From Thermoplasmatota archaeon (GTDB lineage Archaea > Thermoplasmatota > E2 > DHVEG-1), in the NCBI GenBank assembly GCA_035562195.1, contig DATMWV010000291.1:1-42623 (forward strand): a stretch of DNA of 42,623 bases, in the 5' to 3' direction. The notes below the pieces were generated by a model. The model made no database searches, was not told the origin of the DNA, and worked only from the letters and a program-made list of their open reading frames with translations. Below, piece after piece: positions 36,039 through 42,623 of the stretch; positions within the stretch are counted from its first letter, which is position 1; every line of letters starts with the position of its first letter. A program made the position numbers and the translations under genes.

Positions 36039-36715
36039 GTATCCTCAGTCACCTCTCCATCGAGCATGTTCACCACACGGTTCGCAAATCGTTTCAAAGC
36101 GATGGCATGGGTGACAAGTAGAATTGTTTTCCCTTCACGATTTAATGCAACGAGTAGCTCCATGATCTGCTCGCCGGTTTTCGTGTCAAGGTTCCCTGTT
36201 GGTTCATCAGCAAGGATGATTGAGGGATCGTTGACAAGGGCTCGTGCGATTGCTATCCGTTGTTGTTGTCCACCAGATAGTTCGGAGGGACGATGGGTCG
36301 CCCAGTTGGTAAGTCCGACTTTTGCAAGCAGTTCGAAGGCACGATGATCCCGGTCAGCTTTAGAACCTCCGAGAAAAACCATGGGTAATGAAACATTTTT
36401 TAGTGCAGTCATGGAGGGCATCAGATTAAATTTTTGAAAGATGAAACCGATTTTTCGTCCTCTAATAACAGCGAGTTGATTATCGTTCACGGTGGAGATA
36501 TTTTCGCCATCGATAATGATTGTGCCTGATGTCGGGCGATCTAAACATCCGATGATGTTCATCATCGTACTTTTCCCTGATCCAGAAGGACCCATGATGG
36601 CAACAAAATCTCCTTTGTGAATATTTAAATCGACATTATTTAATGCTTTGAAATCTGTTTTCCCCGTTTTGTAGATTTTTGTTAGTGAATCGATTTCAAT
36701 GACGTATTCTGACAT
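36035..36715 (-). CDS. ABC transporter ATP-binding protein (MacB/LolD-like)
   Basis: Start chosen at ATG 36715 (MSEYVIEIDSL), preceded by GAGGG. Walker A GPSGSGKST, signature LSGGQQQRIAIARAL, Walker B IILADEPTGNLD. Confidence 0.9.
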   Translation of the reverse strand: MSEYVIEIDSLTKIYKTGKTDFKALNNVDLNIHKGDFVAIMGPSGSGKSTMMNIIGCLDRPTSGTIIIDGENISTVNDNQLAVIRGRKIGFIFQKFNLMPSMTALKNVSLPMVFLGGSKADRDHRAFELLAKVGLTNWATHRPSELSGGQQQRIAIARALVNDPSIILADEPTGNLDTKTGEQIMELLVALNREGKTILLVTHAIALKRFANRVVNMLDGEVTEDT

Positions 36716-36755
36716 TCTTTGTCCCTCATAGAAATAGGACTTCACCGATTGAATA

Positions 36756-36875
36756 TTAGCCTGTAATCTGATTATGAACGAGAGCTTTTATTCGGTGTGC
36801 GATCACAAAGGATTTTGCGATACATTCTATCTCAGCTGCTTCCTCTGGGCTTGATACTTGACCAACGATTAACAT
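36756..36875 (-). CDS. possible 39-aa leader ORF upstream of the ABC exporter
   Basis: Hand translation gives MLIVGQVSSPEEAAEIECIAKSFVIAHRIKALVHNQITG. GAGGAG SD about 8 nt upstream. The stop lies 40 nt before the ATPase start. No homology recognised. Confidence 0.3.
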   Translation of the reverse strand: MLIVGQVSSPEEAAEIECIAKSFVIAHRIKALVHNQITG

Positions 36876-37100
36876 TTTTCTTGCTCCTCGCTATCTGTTT
36901 TCTTCGTTTTATTTAAAGCCTCTTGTTGTACAGTTCTTACCGAGCGTCTTTACAGTTCTCTCCTGAAAAACTTTTCGGTTGTGCTTCTTCTTTCAGTATA
37001 TGAATCATATGAAGTGTTTTTCCCTATATAGTTGACTAATATTGTTACGAAAACATTTAAATGCTAGTGGTGTATAACAAAAAATAGGAGGACTTATAAA

Positions 37101-37415
37101 ATGAGAAAAACCCTAATTGGCGGTAGTCTGTTGGCTGTATTACTTTTATTAATGTTGCCAGCAGTGGCCGCAGAGCAAGTTAGTATAGCGCAATCCGCAA
37201 CAACACCTTATCTTCTCAACGCTGAGACTACATATCTAAAGGCATTGCGAGAAAAATATAACGACAATCCATCCCCGCAGGTCATTTTCATCACCTTGGC
37301 AATCCTGTTGTTAAAACTCTTGCGATGGGGAGTAGTCATTATCGGTGGATTACTATTCCTGGCGATTATGCGTATGATCCGAAACCCAAATAACAACACA
37401 AGTGCGATCCTGTAA
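37101..37415 (+). CDS. small secreted or membrane protein (signal peptide plus C-terminal TM hairpin)
   Basis: 104 aa with an AGGAGG SD. Signal peptide LLAVLLLLMLPAVAA, and C-terminal hydrophobic segments VIFITLAILLLKLL and VVIIGGLLFLAIM. Confidence 0.55.
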   Translation: MRKTLIGGSLLAVLLLLMLPAVAAEQVSIAQSATTPYLLNAETTYLKALREKYNDNPSPQVIFITLAILLLKLLRWGVVIIGGLLFLAIMRMIRNPNNNTSAIL

Positions 37416-37446
37416 TCGTTTTTGCTTTGTTCATTTCCTTCCAAAT

Positions 37447-37482
37447 CTTGGCTAAGTCTCAGTCTAGATTGTGTTAGCCAAG
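37447..37482 (+). terminator. 9-bp perfect hairpin followed by T-rich tract
   Basis: CTTGGCTAA (37447-37455) and TTAGCCAAG (37474-37482) with an 18-nt loop, followed by T-rich TAACTTTTCTTCATCTTTGATTTTTG. It lies 32 nt after the stop of 37101..37415. Confidence 0.4.
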
Positions 37483-37630
37483 TAACTTTTCTTCATCTTT
37501 GATTTTTGAATTTGTGATTATGGTTTAAAAATATTCTTCTGTTGGTGACACGTAATTTTATACTTTCAATGACCCCTTAGAAAACCTTGAATATAGGGGA
37601 GTGCTTGTCGGAGGGCTGACTCATCAGATA

Positions 37631-37651
37631 TATTGATAATTCGAATCAATA
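37631..37651. promoter_or_regulatory. 7-bp inverted repeat next to a TATA-like element upstream of uvrA
   Basis: TATTGAT (37631-37637), 7-nt spacer, ATCAATA (37645-37651). It is followed by AT-rich TGTATATGTTTGTATATATTATAGC, ending about 20 nt before the uvrA GTG start. Confidence 0.25.
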
Positions 37652-37700
37652 AAATGTATATGTTTGTATATATTATAGCTATTTTCGAAGGGGATTTCCA

Positions 37701-40514
37701 GTGAAAAACATAATCATCAAAGGAGCACGAGAACACAATCTAAAAAACATCAGTGTGGAACTTCCACGAGATAAACTCATCGTCATCACAGGAATCTCTG
37801 GCTCTGGTAAATCCACCCTAGCGTTTGACACACTCTATGCGGAAGGACAACGACGCTACGTCGAATCACTCTCCGCCTATGCACGACAGTTCCTAGGCCT
37901 GATGAACAAACCAGATGTCGATAGCATCGAAGGATTATCCCCCGCGATCTCCATTGAACAAAAAACAACAAGTAAAAACCCACGAAGCACAGTTGGCACG
38001 ATAACAGAAATCTACGATTACCTCCGTTTATTATTCGCACGAATTGGCATCCCCTACTGCCCGACACATAACATCAAAATCGAGTCGCAATCACCACAAA
38101 AAATCTCAGAAAGAATCGCTGCAGAGTTGAAAGGGACAATCACCGTTCTCTCACCAGTCATCCGTCAGAAAAAAGGGACCTACGAACAATTGTTTAAAGA
38201 TCTGAACAAAGAAGGATACACCAGGATTCGAGTGAACAAAACCATCTATCGAACTGATGAGAAAATCACCCTTGAGCGATACAAGAAACATGATATCGAT
38301 GTGGTCATTGACCGTGTCGATGTAACCGACTCCACCCGTCTTACAGAGGCCTGTGAACAAGCGTTACAGAAATCCGATGGACTTCTCATAGCACTCGATA
38401 CCAAGGGCTACGAGCATATTTACTCATCGACCATGGCCTGTCCTGTCTGCGGTACCGTCTTTGAAGAGCTCCAACCACGCATGTTCTCATTTAACAGCCC
38501 CTTTGGCGCCTGCGAAGCATGCCATGGACTTGGCATCAAAATGGAATTTGACCCTGATCTGATTATACCAGACAAAGAACTCAGCATCGCCGATGGCGCG
38601 ATCGCCCTGTATAAAACCATCAGAGACAGCTGGAGGAACAACTATCTTGGGGCTGTGGCAAAACATTATGGATTTGACATTTTCACCCCGATAAAAAACC
38701 TCAACGAAAGACAATATCATGTGATCATGTACGGATCAACTGAATCGATTCGTTTTAACCTCGTCATGAAAAACGGTGATGCACACTACTCCCATATCGG
38801 GACCTGGGAAGGACTGATCCCTCAATCAGAACGACTCTACAAACAAACCGAATCGGAATATCGCAGACAAGACATGGAACGATTCATGCGCATCAGCCCC
38901 TGCCCCGTCTGTCAAGGGAAACGATTAAAACAAAAAATTCTCTCCGTCAAAATCGCCCGTAAATCAATCATCGACATCACCGATATGTCCATAAAACAAT
39001 CACTTCAATTCATCGAAACAATCAACCTGACAAAAAAACAAGAAGAAATCGCCCATTTAATCTTAAAAGAAATCAAAGCACGCCTAAAATTCTTAGACAA
39101 CGTCGGGTTGAATTATCTGACACTTTCTCGAAACGCGGGGACACTTTCCGGTGGAGAAGCCCAACGGATACGGCTTGCGACACAGATAGGGTCAAACCTG
39201 ATGGGAGTCCTGTACATCCTTGATGAGCCATCAGTCGGCTTACATCAACGGGATAATAAGAAACTTATACAGACCTTGCAGCGACTTCGCGACCTTGGAA
39301 ATACCCTCATTATCGTTGAACATGACGAAGAAACCATACGTCATGCTGACTATGTCGTCGATATGGGCCCAGGAGCTGGGATTCACGGAGGAAAAATCAT
39401 CGCCCATGGCACACCACAACAGATCGAGCACAATCCTCGCTCCCTCACAGGACAATACCTCTCAGGAAAACAAGCAATAATGGTACCAGAGGCCAGACGG
39501 CAGACAGACAAATACATCCATATCAAAGGATGTAAAGAAAACAACCTCAAGAACATCGATGTCAACATCCCCTTAGGAGTCTTCACCGTCATCACCGGGG
39601 TTTCTGGAAGTGGAAAATCAACACTTATCTATGAAATTCTCTACAAAGGTCTGATGAAAAAACTTCATGAATCACGAGAACTACCTGGGAAACATGACAC
39701 GATAACGTTTGATTCAGAGATCGATAAGGTTATCGTTATTGACCAAAGTCCGATTGGGAAAACCCCACGCAGCAATCCAGCGACATATACAAAAGTGTTC
39801 GATGAAATCAGAAACATCTTTACCAAGACCCCTGAGGCGAAACTCCGGGGGTATCAAGCAGGTCGTTTCTCTTTTAATGTCCCTGGTGGAAGATGCGAAA
39901 CCTGCCAAGGTGACGGTCTCATAAAGATAGAGATGAACTTCCTCCCAGACATCTACGTCGAATGTGAAGAATGCAAAGGAAAACGATACAATAAAGACAC
40001 TCTTGAGGTGCAGTACAAAGGAAAGTCAATTGCTGATGTTCTTTCCATGAGCGTAGAAGAGGCCTTAGATCTGTTTGAAAACATCCCTTATATCCGTAAA
40101 AAATTAGAAACATTACAGCGAGTAGGTTTGGATTATATTAAACTCGGTCAGAGTTCCACCACCCTTTCAGGTGGAGAAGCGCAACGAATTAAACTCACAC
40201 GGGAATTATCAAAGAAAAGCACAGGACAGACATTGTATCTTCTCGATGAGCCAACGACCGGATTACATTTCCATGATGTGAAGAAACTCATCGACGTCCT
40301 CAACAGCCTAGTAGACATGGGAAACACGATTGTCGTCATCGAACATAATATGGAAGTGATAAAATGCGCAGATCATATCATCGACCTAGGCCCAGAGGGT
40401 GGTGATCTCGGAGGAGAAATCGTTGCCAGAGGAACACCTGAAGAGGTTGCGAATAACAAACACAGTTACACCGGTCAGATCCTTCGACCAGTGTTCCGCG
40501 GGAAGAAAAAATGA
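37701..40514 (+). CDS. uvrA: excinuclease ABC subunit A
   Basis: 937 aa with a GTG start. [34 protein letters not shown], two ABC modules (LSGGEAQRI twice), and zinc-finger CxxC pairs. Confidence 0.95.
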   Translation: MKNIIIKGAREHNLKNISVELPRDKLIVITGISGSGKSTLAFDTLYAEGQRRYVESLSAYARQFLGLMNKPDVDSIEGLSPAISIEQKTTSKNPRSTVGTITEIYDYLRLLFARIGIPYCPTHNIKIESQSPQKISERIAAELKGTITVLSPVIRQKKGTYEQLFKDLNKEGYTRIRVNKTIYRTDEKITLERYKKHDIDVVIDRVDVTDSTRLTEACEQALQKSDGLLIALDTKGYEHIYSSTMACPVCGTVFEELQPRMFSFNSPFGACEACHGLGIKMEFDPDLIIPDKELSIADGAIALYKTIRDSWRNNYLGAVAKHYGFDIFTPIKNLNERQYHVIMYGSTESIRFNLVMKNGDAHYSHIGTWEGLIPQSERLYKQTESEYRRQDMERFMRISPCPVCQGKRLKQKILSVKIARKSIIDITDMSIKQSLQFIETINLTKKQEEIAHLILKEIKARLKFLDNVGLNYLTLSRNAGTLSGGEAQRIRLATQIGSNLMGVLYILDEPSVGLHQRDNKKLIQTLQRLRDLGNTLIIVEHDEETIRHADYVVDMGPGAGIHGGKIIAHGTPQQIEHNPRSLTGQYLSGKQAIMVPEARRQTDKYIHIKGCKENNLKNIDVNIPLGVFTVITGVSGSGKSTLIYEILYKGLMKKLHESRELPGKHDTITFDSEIDKVIVIDQSPIGKTPRSNPATYTKVFDEIRNIFTKTPEAKLRGYQAGRFSFNVPGGRCETCQGDGLIKIEMNFLPDIYVECEECKGKRYNKDTLEVQYKGKSIADVLSMSVEEALDLFENIPYIRKKLETLQRVGLDYIKLGQSSTTLSGGEAQRIKLTRELSKKSTGQTLYLLDEPTTGLHFHDVKKLIDVLNSLVDMGNTIVVIEHNMEVIKCADHIIDLGPEGGDLGGEIVARGTPEEVANNKHSYTGQILRPVFRGKKK

Positions 40515-42061
40515 TTGATCTCATGAATTTACCTCTGGACCCTGGATGCTATCTCTTTCGAGATGCTGGGAAAAGAATCATCTATGTCGGGAAAGCAAAA
40601 AATCTACGCAGACGGGTAAAAAATTATTTTCAGAAAAAAGAGCAGGATCCAAAAACCCGCAGTCTTATGAATAATCTTGACTCAGTTGAATTTTTTGTAA
40701 CCGATACTGAGGTTGAAGCACTGATTTTGGAAAACACACTGATAAAAAAACATCAGCCGAAATATAATATCAACCTCAAAGATGCAAAAACCTATGCGTT
40801 TATCCAGCTTACCGATGAGGTGTTCCCAAGACTTCTCATCGCACGACAAAAACAAGGGAATGGAAAATATTTCGGACCCTTTGTATCAGCCCTTGAACGC
40901 GACCATGTGCTGCAGTTCCTCAATAGGACGTTTGCATTGCGGACCTGTAGAAAATTACCAAAAAAAGCCTGTCTACGATATCATCTGCAGCTCTGCCCAG
41001 CCCCTTGCGTTGGATTGATATCACAAGAAGATTACGGGAAGAACATACGAAACGTACGTCTGATTCTTTCAGGAAAATCAAAAGAACTTCTTAAAAAATT
41101 ACAACAAGAAATGATGAGAAAATCCCAATCGTTCGAGTACGAAAACGCGTTGATGTTACGGAATCAAATAACAGCAATACAACATCTTCAGGAACATCAG
41201 AAGATGCAACGGCAGCATACCTTTGACGAAGACATCATCAACTATCTCATACGTGATGAAACTGTCTATCTTATGTTGTTTAATATTTACAAAGGTACAT
41301 TGTCAACGAAAAACGAGTTTATCTTTGATTTCACCCCTGATTTTTTAGAAGAATTCATTGTGCAGTATTACTCAGAAAACCCTGTGCCTTCGGAGGTGAT
41401 TGTCCCTCAGAAACTCTCTGATTCCCTTGTTGTATTCCTTACACAGAAACGGCAGAAGAAAACACAGGTCCTGGTCCCAAAACAAGGGGCAAAGAAACAA
41501 CTCCTTGATCTCGTGGTAAAGAATATTGAGATAACGTTCTTTGGAGACCTCTCAAAGGTAGAAGCACTGCAACACCAATTAAACCTCCAAGAGCCACCCC
41601 AGGTTATCGAATGTTTCGATATTTCCCATCTTTCTGGGACGTCCATGGTCGGCTCCATGGTCCAATACCGAAATGGAAAACCAGATAAAACCAATTATCG
41701 GAGATTCCGTATTCGAACGGTTGAAGGTATCGATGATACCGCTGCGATCGCTGAGGTAGTACGACGTCGCTACACAAGATTACAACAAGAACATGGTGTG
41801 TTACCACATCTTATCGTTATCGATGGTGGAATCGGTCAACTCAATAGCGCGGTACAAGAACTTGATAGAATCAACGTCACAATCCCAATTATTTCTCTTG
41901 CAAAACAATATGAACAAATTTTTCTCCCTGGGCAATCACAACCACTGCAACTTAAGAAAAAAGATAAAGCACTGTTATTTATCAGAGAAATACGTGATGA
42001 GGCGCATCGTTTCGCGATTGCATATAATCGTTTGTTACGGAAGAAAGAGTTGAGATCGTGA
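40511..42061 (+). CDS. uvrC: excinuclease ABC subunit C, short form lacking the C-terminal (HhH)2 domain
   Basis: 516 aa. The ATG overlaps the uvrA stop (ATGA). GIY-YIG motif ([28 protein letters not shown]), Cys cluster [24 protein letters not shown] domain ([19 protein letters not shown]), and an RNase H-like endonuclease domain ending at [21 protein letters not shown]-stop. Confidence 0.9.
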   Translation: MIDLMNLPLDPGCYLFRDAGKRIIYVGKAKNLRRRVKNYFQKKEQDPKTRSLMNNLDSVEFFVTDTEVEALILENTLIKKHQPKYNINLKDAKTYAFIQLTDEVFPRLLIARQKQGNGKYFGPFVSALERDHVLQFLNRTFALRTCRKLPKKACLRYHLQLCPAPCVGLISQEDYGKNIRNVRLILSGKSKELLKKLQQEMMRKSQSFEYENALMLRNQITAIQHLQEHQKMQRQHTFDEDIINYLIRDETVYLMLFNIYKGTLSTKNEFIFDFTPDFLEEFIVQYYSENPVPSEVIVPQKLSDSLVVFLTQKRQKKTQVLVPKQGAKKQLLDLVVKNIEITFFGDLSKVEALQHQLNLQEPPQVIECFDISHLSGTSMVGSMVQYRNGKPDKTNYRRFRIRTVEGIDDTAAIAEVVRRRYTRLQQEHGVLPHLIVIDGGIGQLNSAVQELDRINVTIPIISLAKQYEQIFLPGQSQPLQLKKKDKALLFIREIRDEAHRFAIAYNRLLRKKELRS

Positions 42062-42623
42062 CTGAGTTTAATTTACAGACCAACTTTACTCCACGAGGAT
42101 CACAACCTGATGCTATTTCTCAGTTAGTCGAAGGTATCAATAAAAATTTTTCTACTCAGACATTACTTGGAGTGACCGGATCTGGAAAAACTTTTTCCAT
42201 GGCACAGGTCATTCAAAAGGTGCAACGCCCGACCATTGTCATTGCCCATAACAAGACGCTTGCCGCTCAACTCTATAGTGAATTCAAGGAGTTCTTCCCT
42301 GACAACCGTGTGGAATATTTTGTTTCTTATTATGATTATTATCAACCAGAGTCGTATCTTCCTCAGAGAGACCTGTATATCGAGAAAGATGCGGATGTCA
42401 ACCCGAAACTCGAACAGATGCGGCTTGCTGCGACCGCATCGTTGTCATCACGACGAGATGTTATCATAGTCGCCTCTGTGTCATGTATCTATAATGTCGG
42501 AAACCCGCTTGATTATCAAAAGCTTGGTTTTGAGATTAGAACTGGGCAGAGCCTCCCAAGAAACGCTCTTCTCCGTCGATTACTTGACATTCAGTATGAA
42601 CGAAATGATACCGAACTGGTACC
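42058..42623 (+). CDS. uvrB: excinuclease ABC subunit B (5' portion; continues beyond the window)
   Basis: Not in the ORF track because it is open-ended. The GTG at 42058 overlaps the uvrC stop (GTGA). Hand translation gives [27 protein letters not shown]...[17 protein letters not shown]...[37 protein letters not shown], the canonical UvrB N-terminus. Confidence 0.9.
   Translation, partial: MTEFNLQTNFTPRGSQPDAISQLVEGINKNFSTQTLLGVTGSGKTFSMAQVIQKVQRPTIVIAHNKTLAAQLYSEFKEFFPDNRVEYFVSYYDYYQPESYLPQRDLYIEKDADVNPKLEQMRLAATASLSSRRDVIIVASVSCIYNVGNPLDYQKLGFEIRTGQSLPRNALLRRLLDIQYERNDTELV

Noticed and set aside
1-42623. A whole-window search for CRISPR arrays, IS elements, transposases or integrases, rRNA/tRNA genes, reverse transcriptases, toxin-antitoxin pairs and known defence-system signatures.
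   Set aside because: I saw no direct-repeat/spacer arrays, terminal inverted repeats, recombinase motifs or RT motifs, so none of these can be claimed. Short inverted repeats between convergent genes are better explained as terminators.

Overview
This window reads as an archaeal chromosomal segment, densely coding on both strands. The archaeal call rests on a duplicated-type tRNA-splicing endonuclease EndA, a split pyruvate carboxylase (PycA/PycB), AT-rich TATA-like upstream regions, and N-X-S/T-rich surface proteins. I cannot place it more precisely than an anaerobic euryarchaeote-like lineage. All family calls come from motif recognition by eye, since no searches were run.

Housekeeping genes I can support:
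- a pycB-pycA-birA operon
- a translationally coupled uvrA-uvrC-uvrB operon (uvrB runs off the 3' edge)
- endA, surE, panE and a glyoxylate/hydroxyacid reductase
- a YgiQ-type radical SAM protein and a Ca2+/H+ antiporter
- a polar amino-acid ABC importer (binding protein, permease, ATPase, permease)
- a MacB/FtsX-type ABC exporter
- arsM with an adjacent AbrB-type regulator
- a PurF-like amidophosphoribosyltransferase

The accessory content is dominated by predicted cell-surface or secreted proteins. These include three putative extracytoplasmic proteases of different catalytic classes: C25 gingipain-like, S16 Lon-like without an ATPase, and an HExxH metalloprotease with thrombospondin-type-3-like repeats. 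There is also a membrane-tethered winged-helix regulator followed by two secreted proteins.

I found no rRNA, tRNA, CRISPR array, transposase, integrase or recognisable defence system.

The most unusual items, all hypotheses:
1. An AbrB-type protein bracketed by vicinal Cys pairs next to arsM, a candidate metalloid sensor.
2. The membrane-tethered wHTH plus secreted-protein cluster.
3. Two apparent pseudoenzymes: PurF-like with Cys1->Ser, and ThiI-like with a destroyed PP-loop that is translationally coupled to panE.
4. A UvrC lacking the C-terminal (HhH)2 domain.
5. The anchored Lon-like protease with a roughly 400-aa helical extension.
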